Positions 1-6,950 of a stretch of DNA of 64,000 nt are shown piece after piece. The stretch covers positions 26,315 to 90,314 of the forward strand of contig LBPF01000001.1 of the NCBI GenBank assembly GCA_000990005.1, given 5' to 3'. Made by a program: the position numbers and the translations under genes. Position 1 is the first letter of the stretch, and every line of letters begins with the position of its first letter. The DNA comes from Candidatus Woesebacteria bacterium GW2011_GWB1_33_38 (GTDB lineage: Bacteria; Patescibacteriota; Microgenomatia; UBA8517). The notes beneath the pieces were generated by a model, which saw only the letters and a list, made by a program, of their open reading frames with translations, was not told where the DNA came from and did no database searches.

Positions 1-438
1 GTGGTAGGGAGACTTAAATCAATAAGTACTTACGTCAGAATTGGTGGAATTACCTTTGTTGCAATTTTGGGAGCGTCTTCATTTTTAGTTCTTTTGGTAA
101 TTATAAGTATGAGAATGACTACCAGAAAAAATGAAATTGAAATATTAAGTTTGATTGGTGCAACACCAGCTTTTATTAGAAGTCCAATAGTTTTAGAAGC
201 TGTAATTTACTCTATTATAGGAGTCTTATCAGGATGGACTTTAGCTTTAATTTTGTGGCTTTATGCTTCCCCTTCAGTAATTTCTTACTTTGGTCAGATT
301 CCAGTTATTCCAAGGGATCCAATATTATTTTTCTTTCTCTTTGCTACAATCCTGGGGGTTGAACTCCTTTTGGGAGTTATTATATCTTTAACAGGCAGTT
401 TACTGGCTGTTTCCAGGTCTGTGAAAAAGGCAAGATGA
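1..438 (+). CDS. ftsX: Cell-division ABC transporter permease FtsX, C-terminal part (5' end cut by the window edge)
   Basis: The ORF is open from the window start. It has four predicted TM helices with a pattern typical of the FtsX C-terminal permease domain. It overlaps by 4 nt (ATGA) the downstream coiled-coil/M23 peptidase gene, which is the canonical FtsX-EnvC pairing. Confidence 0.6.
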   Translation: MVGRLKSISTYVRIGGITFVAILGASSFLVLLVIISMRMTTRKNEIEILSLIGATPAFIRSPIVLEAVIYSIIGVLSGWTLALILWLYASPSVISYFGQIPVIPRDPILFFFLFATILGVELLLGVIISLTGSLLAVSRSVKKAR

Positions 439-1574
439 CAAGGATAATATTTTTAACATTACTTCTAATTTTTCTATTCATTTTTAGCTATGAAGTAAAT
501 GCGCAGGATTGCAGTGGAGACTTAAATCAAAGAATTAACTGCTATGAAGCCAACATTGCAAAACTTAAAGATTCAGGTGAAACTTTATCAAGTCAAATAT
601 TACAGTTTGATTCTCAAATTAAATTAACTTCACTTAAAATTGCTCAGACAGAAGAACAAATAAATTTACTTTCTGGAAGAATTGATCAATTGGAAGGTTC
701 ACTTGATGATCTGACCAAAGCATTTTCAGGAAGAGTTGTGGAAACTTATAAAATGACAAGGGTGGAGGATCCTATTTTATTAATTCTTTCCTCAAGCAAT
801 TTAGGTAAAGCATTTAATAGATTTTCATATTTGAAAAAAATACAAGAATCAGACAGAAGTTTATTACAAAGATTAAGAAAAGCAAAAGACACTTATAATG
901 CAGAAAAGGTAGATCAAGAAGAACTACAAAATAAATTAGCAAGCCAAAAGAAAAATTTAGATAATCAAAAAGCGGCTAAAGCACATCTTCTATCGGCAAC
1001 CAAAAATGATGAGAAAAAATATCAGATATTACTTGAACAAGCACGGGCGGAATATGAGGCCATACAAGCTATTATTGCAGGAAAGGGAACTGAAACAGAA
1101 GTTGGTCTAGTTTCAGAGGGACAGAGAATTGCTAATATAATACAAGGATCATCGTGTAATTCTGGTGGTAGTCATCTACATTTTATTGTTAGAAATCAAA
1201 ATAGTACAACAGATAATCCGTTTATGTACTTAAAGACTGGTATTTCATATCAAAATTGTTCGGGATCATCGTGTGGTAGTAGTGATGGTGATAGTTTTAA
1301 TCCAAGCGGTTCATGGAATTGGCCAATACAGCCAAATATAAAGTTTAATCAGGGATATGGAAATACTTGGGCAGTCAGGAATACATGGGTTGGAAGAATT
1401 TACAATTTTCATAACGGCATTGATATAAATAGTGAATCGTCAAGCGAGGTTAAAACTGTTAAATCAGGTAAATTATATCAAGGAAGTTATAATGTCGGGT
1501 GTAGACTTAAATATGTTCGTGTTGATCATGATGATAGCGATCTAGACACGTTGTATTTACATATAAACTATTAA
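435..1574 (+). CDS. EnvC/PcsB-like murein hydrolase activator: N-terminal signal/TM, long coiled-coil, C-terminal LytM/M23 peptidase domain
   Basis: The N-terminus is hydrophobic and is followed by an extended heptad-like coiled-coil region (LKxxxxxL repeats). The C-terminus carries an M23 signature (GSHLHF, HxH) and a Gly-rich tail. Confidence 0.65.
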   Translation: MTRIIFLTLLLIFLFIFSYEVNAQDCSGDLNQRINCYEANIAKLKDSGETLSSQILQFDSQIKLTSLKIAQTEEQINLLSGRIDQLEGSLDDLTKAFSGRVVETYKMTRVEDPILLILSSSNLGKAFNRFSYLKKIQESDRSLLQRLRKAKDTYNAEKVDQEELQNKLASQKKNLDNQKAAKAHLLSATKNDEKKYQILLEQARAEYEAIQAIIAGKGTETEVGLVSEGQRIANIIQGSSCNSGGSHLHFIVRNQNSTTDNPFMYLKTGISYQNCSGSSCGSSDGDSFNPSGSWNWPIQPNIKFNQGYGNTWAVRNTWVGRIYNFHNGIDINSESSSEVKTVKSGKLYQGSYNVGCRLKYVRVDHDDSDLDTLYLHINY

Positions 1575-1582
1575 ATAGTTTT

Positions 1583-1608
1583 GTATCAATGAATTGATTC
1601 ATTGATAC
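1583..1608. promoter_or_regulatory. 26-bp palindrome GTATCAATGAAT-TG-ATTCATTGATAC (putative operator, copy 1)
   Basis: Two perfect 12-bp inverted arms are separated by a 2-nt spacer. The site lies about 20 bp upstream of the TrpR-like gene start, in the spacer after the M23 gene stop. Confidence 0.5.
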
Positions 1609-1627
1609 AAGAAGGAATGAAGGAGAT

Positions 1628-2068
1628 ATGACGCAGATATCAAAATATAGAGTATCTCAAAAAGTAAATGATCAGATTTCAGATATTTTTTTCCAAACTG
1701 TTGCAAATTTAACTCAAAAAAAGCAAGTTTTGGAGTTTTTCAGTGAATTTTTAACTCCAACTGAAAAAATAATGTTATCCAAAAGACTAGCTATTGGGTA
1801 TTTGCTAGCTAGAGGTTATGAGTACAGAGAAATTTCAAAGGTTCTAAAAGTAAGTACTGCAACTGTAGGAAACTTTGCTAGATTATATAAACACGGTACT
1901 TCATATCGAAAAATAGTTGATAAGATATTAAGTAAAATTAAAACAAAAGAAATGTTTTTGGATTTCGTTGAAGGATTTGCCGATATTGGTGCAATTGGGG
2001 GAGCAAAATCAGCAGGTTGGTTTGAATTGCGAAATGAAATCAGAAAGAAGAAACAAAATATTTTGTAG
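1628..2068 (+). CDS. TrpR-like / YerC-YecD family small helix-turn-helix DNA-binding protein
   Basis: It is a small alpha-helical protein with an HTH-like segment (STATVGNFARLYKHG), and the size and pattern resemble the Trp-repressor-like YerC family. It has an AAGGAG RBS and is flanked on both sides by the 26-bp palindrome. Confidence 0.45.
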   Translation: MTQISKYRVSQKVNDQISDIFFQTVANLTQKKQVLEFFSEFLTPTEKIMLSKRLAIGYLLARGYEYREISKVLKVSTATVGNFARLYKHGTSYRKIVDKILSKIKTKEMFLDFVEGFADIGAIGGAKSAGWFELRNEIRKKKQNIL

Positions 2069-2072
2069 TCTA

Positions 2073-2098
2073 GTATCAATGAATCAATTCATTGATAC
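2073..2098. promoter_or_regulatory. 26-bp palindrome copy 2 (GTATCAATGAAT-CA-ATTCATTGATAC), inverted relative to copy 1
   Basis: The arms are identical to copy 1 and the 2-nt spacer is the reverse complement. It overlaps the regulator stop codon and the start of the next gene. Confidence 0.5.
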
Positions 2099-2882
2099 AG
2101 TATTATTCTTAATTGTATTTATGTTATTCTTTATTTTTCCATTCACAGTAAAAGCTGCATTTTCACTAGCGATCACAAGTGCAAGTCCTACTGACATTCT
2201 AGATAAAGAGCAAATAGTTGAAGTGACTTTACAAATTGAAGATTTACCGTCTGGTGATTCATATTTTAGGGCAGGGTGGAAATCTGGATCAAGTTATGTA
2301 GGTTATGTTCAAAATAATGGTGGTAATTGGGTAGAATTGCGCGCTCTAAGTGGTGAATGTAGTGATTATTTTAAAATTAGTGAAGCAACCACATCTGCAA
2401 TTTTAAAAATTAAAATTGGAGAGGAAAACGATATTTCCACTGGTACGATACCAATCAAGGCTCATAGGTTAACATCCTCATGTAGTAGTTCTTATGGAAG
2501 TAATGAATTTAATACAAATATTTTACTTCCAACTTCGACACCAGTACCAACAACTACTTCAACACCAATCGTAACCGCAATAAGTACGGCTACTGCGACA
2601 TCAACTCCGATTAAAACTGCGACGTCTACACCCACAAAAACCGCAACAGCAAAACCAACCACAACATCTACTCCAACTGAGTCGGGGCAAGCTGAGACCC
2701 CAGAATTTGTAGTCTCAGATATTAAAACATCAACACCAGAGGGTATTGTCGCTGGTGCGTCAACTTCCAAAAAATTTCCATTTCTATCTATTTTTTTTAT
2801 AGTCGCTGGAATTATGTTTTTGGGATATGGAGGATATTTAATATATAATAATAAGCATGGTAAAACTAATGAAGTTTCTTAA
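2079..2882 (+). CDS. Cell-surface protein: hydrophobic N-terminal signal, globular domain, Thr/Pro/Ala-rich linker, C-terminal TM anchor with basic tail
   Basis: The ORF track begins at 1968 but that stretch overlaps the regulator. In-frame ATGs at 2079 and 2121 precede a signal-like hydrophobic stretch. The linker is TSTPVPTTTSTP...KTATSTPTKTATAKPTTTSTPTE and the C-terminus is FLSIFFIVAGIMFLGYGGYLIYNNKHGK. The exact start is uncertain. Confidence 0.5.
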   Translation: MNQFIDTVLFLIVFMLFFIFPFTVKAAFSLAITSASPTDILDKEQIVEVTLQIEDLPSGDSYFRAGWKSGSSYVGYVQNNGGNWVELRALSGECSDYFKISEATTSAILKIKIGEENDISTGTIPIKAHRLTSSCSSSYGSNEFNTNILLPTSTPVPTTTSTPIVTAISTATATSTPIKTATSTPTKTATAKPTTTSTPTESGQAETPEFVVSDIKTSTPEGIVAGASTSKKFPFLSIFFIVAGIMFLGYGGYLIYNNKHGKTNEVS

Positions 2883-3225
2883 ATTCTGGTTACCTCCCAT
2901 CCTTTGGGCTATTATTATCTTTAGACTTTCGTCAAATGTACTTCCTTCAGTTGGGCCAACTTATTTAAGTGATTTTGCATTTAAAAAATTTTCTCATGTT
3001 TTCTTTTACGCAGTATTGGGGATCTTGGTTTATCGTGCTTTATTATCAGAAAATATCGTTAGGACAAAGGCGCTTTACATCTCAATAATTGTTTGTTTAA
3101 TTTATGGAATAGGTGATGAAATCCATCAATCATTTATCCCTGGCCGTGGACCACATATTAGAGATGTGGTTTTTGATACAATAGGTAGTTCACTAGGAGG
3201 AATATGGGCAAAAAAATACTTGTAA
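2857..3225 (+). CDS. VanZ-like family membrane protein
   Basis: It has four TM helices and a conserved-looking DEIHQSF...R..DVxxDxxG block typical of VanZ-like proteins. Confidence 0.5.
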   Translation: MVKLMKFLKFWLPPILWAIIIFRLSSNVLPSVGPTYLSDFAFKKFSHVFFYAVLGILVYRALLSENIVRTKALYISIIVCLIYGIGDEIHQSFIPGRGPHIRDVVFDTIGSSLGGIWAKKYL

Positions 3226-4190
3226 CTGGAGGAGCGGGTTATATTGGTTCTTTCATGGTCCGTCAGCTGGCGGAGAAAAATTATGAAGTTGTCGTTTTAG
3301 ACAATTTGTCATATGGTCACATAGAAGCAGTTAAAGATTTTCGTTTAGAAAAAATTGATTTAGTGACAGACACTCAGAAGTTAGATGATCTTTTTGAAAA
3401 TGAAAAGTTTTCGGCAGTTGTCCATATGGCTTCTTTTATCCAAATGGGAGAATCTTTTGTTAACCCTGCAAAATACTATTTAAATAATGTTGTTGGTTTT
3501 TTGAATTTAATGGAGGCAATGAGAAAGGGAAATTGTAAAAAAATAGTCCTTTCCTCTTCGGCTGGAGTATATGGAAATCCTGAAAGACTTCCAATTGATG
3601 AAAACGACTCCAAAGATCCTCTAAACCCATATGGAGAAACAAAATATATAATGGAAAGAATCTTGGAAGATTATGATGGTGCATATGAAATAAAGTTTGT
3701 TTCTCTTCGTTATTTCAATGCAGCAGGGGCATCCTTGGACGGTTCAATTGGGGAAGCCCATTCTGAAGAAAGCCATTTAATTCCAAATATTATAACCAAA
3801 GCTATTAAGGGAGAAGAAATTGAAATATTTGGTAGTGATTATGATACACCTGACGGAACATGTATTAGAGATTATATTCATGTTTTGGATTTGGTTGAAG
3901 CTCACTCTTTGGCTTTGGAGTTTTTAGATAATGGAAAAAGTGAAGTTTTTAATTTAGGAATTGGCAAAGGTTATTCAAATAAAGAAATAATTGAAATGAT
4001 TAAAAAAGTGACAGGTTTAGAATTAAAGATAAAATACGGACCAAAAAGAGTGGGGGATGCTAATTCGTTATATGCATCAAATGAAAAAATAAAAAAAGTA
4101 TTAGGTTGGATTCCGAAATATAACTTAAAAGATATTGTTAAATCTTCGTTTATTTGGCATAATACTCATCCAAATGGCTATCATAACTAA
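3204..4190 (+). CDS. galE: UDP-glucose 4-epimerase
   Basis: It carries a Rossmann motif (VTGGAGYIGS), a YxxxK catalytic motif (YGETK) and the full-length GalE pattern. Confidence 0.85.
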   Translation: MGKKILVTGGAGYIGSFMVRQLAEKNYEVVVLDNLSYGHIEAVKDFRLEKIDLVTDTQKLDDLFENEKFSAVVHMASFIQMGESFVNPAKYYLNNVVGFLNLMEAMRKGNCKKIVLSSSAGVYGNPERLPIDENDSKDPLNPYGETKYIMERILEDYDGAYEIKFVSLRYFNAAGASLDGSIGEAHSEESHLIPNIITKAIKGEEIEIFGSDYDTPDGTCIRDYIHVLDLVEAHSLALEFLDNGKSEVFNLGIGKGYSNKEIIEMIKKVTGLELKIKYGPKRVGDANSLYASNEKIKKVLGWIPKYNLKDIVKSSFIWHNTHPNGYHN

Positions 4191-4545
4191 ATGGATTATA
4201 TTATTGATAACAACAATGATTTTCCCAATTGTTTCGAAACCCAGCCCAACGCCTTTTGTATCAATACCTAGTCCGACAATTACATCTTTACCCACCCCTC
4301 TAAGTACACCGACCAATAAGCCAATAGAGACTTTTGAAAGCCAAGAGGATCCTGATATTGTTACTAATTATTACAAAGATTTATTTAATAAAAATGGTTC
4401 AAAAGTTAAATCTTTTATTACAACCAAAACAAATGGAAATGTTTTTAATAAACTAACAGGAACAATAGATGGTAGGATTTTAACAGTAGAAATTAAAAAA
4501 GACGCCGGTTCTACACGGACAGTAACTACTTTGTATTGGAAGTAG
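4174..4545 (+). CDS. Small secreted Pro/Thr-rich hypothetical protein
   Basis: An internal ATG at 4174 precedes a hydrophobic signal-like segment and a PSPTP/TPLSTP-rich region. A strong terminator follows downstream. Confidence 0.35.
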   Translation: MAIITKWIILLITTMIFPIVSKPSPTPFVSIPSPTITSLPTPLSTPTNKPIETFESQEDPDIVTNYYKDLFNKNGSKVKSFITTKTNGNVFNKLTGTIDGRILTVEIKKDAGSTRTVTTLYWK

Positions 4546-4593
4546 GCTTGACAAATCATTTCTGCTTGTGTAACATACAAAAACATTAAGACT

Positions 4594-4618
4594 GCCCCTT
4601 TAAAAGGGGCCTTTTTTG
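4594..4618 (+). terminator. Rho-independent terminator
   Basis: It has a GCCCCTT/AAGGGGC stem of about 7 bp, a 3-nt loop and a TTTTTT run. Confidence 0.6.
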
Positions 4619-4628
4619 TTAAGAAGAG

Positions 4629-5261
4629 ATGAATAAAATAAAAGAGATTATTATTAACTTAAGATTTAAAATTACCCCACTCCTGCGCTTATTAGTTCAA
4701 AGAATATTTGTCAAGAAAAATTTACCAATTGCAGTTTTTGCATTTATTGGAATTTTAGTAGTATCTGGAATAATCTTTGGTGTATATAAACTTATTACTA
4801 AAACTAACGATATAAATTCCTCACAAATTCAAGTAGCTCCAGCCAAAGCAGTTACAGTTATTGGTAAGGAATTTATATTTCCTCTTAAAAATGAAAAAGG
4901 AAATGAGGTTAGTAGAATTAAATATACAATTGAATCTGCGGAGTTAAGAAGTGAAATAGTTGTGAAGGGACAAAAAGCAAGATCAGTTAAAGGAAGAATT
5001 TTCTTTATATTAAATTTAAAAGTTGTTAACGATTTTAAACAAAAAATAGAGATTCAGACGACTGATTATATCAGACTATCTGTCAATGGTAATAAAGATG
5101 TTTGGTTAGCTCCTGATATTCACAGTGATCCAGCTGGAATTCAAGCTATTTCCACCAAATATATAAAAGTAGGTTTTGCTATCAATGAATCTGACAAAGA
5201 TTTAATTTTAAGAGTTGGAGAAATAAATGGAGAAAAAGAGGAATTTCCTGTGAAATTTTAA
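4629..5261 (+). CDS. Hypothetical protein with N-terminal membrane anchor and extracytoplasmic beta-rich domain
   Basis: A single N-terminal TM helix (IAVFAFIGILVVSGIIFGVY) is followed by a soluble domain. I recognise no family. Confidence 0.45.
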   Translation: MNKIKEIIINLRFKITPLLRLLVQRIFVKKNLPIAVFAFIGILVVSGIIFGVYKLITKTNDINSSQIQVAPAKAVTVIGKEFIFPLKNEKGNEVSRIKYTIESAELRSEIVVKGQKARSVKGRIFFILNLKVVNDFKQKIEIQTTDYIRLSVNGNKDVWLAPDIHSDPAGIQAISTKYIKVGFAINESDKDLILRVGEINGEKEEFPVKF

Positions 5262-5267
5262 AAATAT

Positions 5268-5444
5268 ATGAATGACTATTCAACTCAAAATGTTTCCCCC
5301 TTTCTTTTGGAAGAACTTAAACGTGCGTTAGAAAGTGTTCCTGATTATGGAAGTGTGGAAATATATGTTGAAAATGGACTTGTTAGTCAAATTACTACAA
5401 GAAAAATTAAAAAAACGATTAGAAATAAAAATGGACAAAGCTAG
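5268..5444 (+). CDS. Small protein (58 aa) resembling the DUF2292/YezD family
   Basis: The segment GSVEIYVENGLVSQITTRKIKK resembles the DUF2292 core (GSVxIxVQDGRVVQIEKxEKIR). The ORF was not in the track because it is under 60 aa. Confidence 0.3.
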   Translation: MNDYSTQNVSPFLLEELKRALESVPDYGSVEIYVENGLVSQITTRKIKKTIRNKNGQS

Positions 5445-5447
5445 GTC

Positions 5448-5476
5448 TTGACAAGTGTGAAAGTAATGTATATATA
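5448..5476 (+). promoter_or_regulatory. Sigma-70-like promoter (TTGACA, 17 nt, TATATA) for the repeat-protein gene at 5641
   Basis: The hexamers are consensus-like with a 17-nt spacer and lie about 190 nt upstream of the ATG. Confidence 0.4.
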
Positions 5477-5493
5477 TAATTTATAGAATAGTA

Positions 5494-5512
5494 AGCTGAC
5501 CGCAAACGGAGG
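5494..5512 (+). promoter_or_regulatory. Conserved 19-nt 5'-leader element GCTGACCGCAAACGGAGGC (paralogous copy at 11348-11366 on the minus strand)
   Basis: It is 18/19 identical to the element in the leader of the minus-strand paralog gene, in the same orientation and at a similar distance from a TTGACA box. Both leaders also share the GGGGGTGA(A/T)TA...ATGAACAAAT start region. Confidence 0.4.
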
Positions 5513-5640
5513 CTTTTTTTTCTCAGGAGTCTGGGGAGAAGAAGCCTCTGTTTTCGTTTTAAATGAAAATAGGGATGAAGTGCCTCTTAAACCCTGATTT
5601 AATCGGGGGGGGGAAAATAGATTGGGGGTGAATATATATA

Positions 5641-6876
5641 ATGAACAAATATAAAAAAGTCGTAGCCTCTGCACTAGCTGCTGGATCCCTTTTAATTAAT
5701 GGATTTATGCCAGTTCTTGCTCAAACAACAATTATACTTTCAGGTAATGGAACAGGTTCTGGTAATACAGCAACTGTTGCTGTTACTCAAAGTACCTTTG
5801 TTACTCAAAGCAATAATGCAGATGTTACAAATGTAGTAAATGCTGATGCTGACACAGGAGGAAATAAAGCTAGTGATAATACAGGTGGAGATGTTTCCAT
5901 TAAAACTGGAGACTCTGATGTAACCGTTGATATAAAGAATACTTTAAATCAAAATTCAGCTAGTGTTGACTGCTGTGGCGCAACAGGAGCAGATGTACTT
6001 ATTTCAGGTAATGGATCTGATAGTGATAATACTATTGATCTGTCATTGGGAGAAGAAGACGGTATAACAGTAACTCAATCAAATAATGCCAAAGTTAATA
6101 ACAATGTCGATGTTGATTCAGAAACTGGTGATAATAAAGCAAAAGATAACACAGGTGGAGATGTAACAATTGAAACTGGAGACGCAAGTGTTGATGTTTC
6201 ATTATCAACCACAGCTAACGCAAATTCCGCCCAAATTGGTGGAGGAACGGGAGGTGCTGGTTTATTGTCAGCCCGAATATTAGGAAATGGTACAGGTAGC
6301 GATAATGATATTGACTTAGATTTTGGTGGATCACTTTGGATAAAACAGGATAATTATGCTGCTGTTAATAACAGAGTTGATGCCGATGCCGAAACTGGCG
6401 AAAACAAAGCCAACGATAACACAGGTGGGGAAGTTTCAATTGAAACAGGAGACGCCGATGTTACTGTGGGTGTTGATAATAGTGTCAACTTCAATTGGGC
6501 AGACGCAGATTGTGGATGCTTATTAGAAGATGTACTAGTTAAAATCGCTGATAATGGTAGCGATACCCAAAATGATATAACTGCAGGACTTGGACAAGGC
6601 CTTACGGTTTTCCAAGGTAATGTAGCAGGTAGTGGATTGGAAAATTTTATCGATGCTGATGCAGACACTGGAGATAATAAAGCTAAGGATAACACAGGAG
6701 ATCCTGGTAGTGATCCTTCAGTTGAAACAGGTGATGCAACAACAGAGGTAATGCTAGAGAATTCTGGCAATTCCAATGTTTATGGCGGAACCCCAGACTG
6801 GGATTTTCCAGAATTGGGTTTCGATTTCAATTTTTCGTTCGATTTGAGCGATTTATTGGGATGGATGGGGCTATAA
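5641..6876 (+). CDS. Secreted repeat protein, paralog 1 (signal peptide, alternating GNGxxSxNT and TGxNKAxDNTGGxVxIxTGDAxV repeats, CC(G) cysteine pairs)
   Basis: The signal peptide is MNKYKKVVASALAAGSLLINGFMPVLAQ. About four tandem repeat units of roughly 95 aa follow, with Cys pairs (DCCGATGA, DCGC) and an acidic Phe-rich C-terminus. I recognise no family. Confidence 0.7.
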   Translation: MNKYKKVVASALAAGSLLINGFMPVLAQTTIILSGNGTGSGNTATVAVTQSTFVTQSNNADVTNVVNADADTGGNKASDNTGGDVSIKTGDSDVTVDIKNTLNQNSASVDCCGATGADVLISGNGSDSDNTIDLSLGEEDGITVTQSNNAKVNNNVDVDSETGDNKAKDNTGGDVTIETGDASVDVSLSTTANANSAQIGGGTGGAGLLSARILGNGTGSDNDIDLDFGGSLWIKQDNYAAVNNRVDADAETGENKANDNTGGEVSIETGDADVTVGVDNSVNFNWADADCGCLLEDVLVKIADNGSDTQNDITAGLGQGLTVFQGNVAGSGLENFIDADADTGDNKAKDNTGDPGSDPSVETGDATTEVMLENSGNSNVYGGTPDWDFPELGFDFNFSFDLSDLLGWMGL

Positions 6877-6891
6877 TGCCAATCTTAGGAA

Positions 6892-6929
6892 GCTAGAGCG
6901 ACTTACTTACACTTCGGTAAGCGCTCTAG
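6892..6929 (+). other. Long imperfect stem-loop between the two repeat-protein genes
   Basis: GCTAGAGCGaCTTAC-[10 nt]-GTAAGCGCTCTAG forms about a 14-bp stem with one bulge. No T-run follows, so it may be an RNA processing or attenuation structure rather than a terminator. Confidence 0.4.
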
Positions 6930-6950
6930 AAGCCAAGAAGAAATTAAAAT

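Noticed and set aside
6354-6776. 140-aa minus-strand ORF, plus the similar antisense ORFs at 2492-2770, 8450-8806, 9218-9610 and 9761-10030
   Set aside because: All are antisense shadows inside repeat-rich secreted-protein genes. Low-complexity Ser/Pro/Thr translations are typical of the opposite strand of repeat genes.
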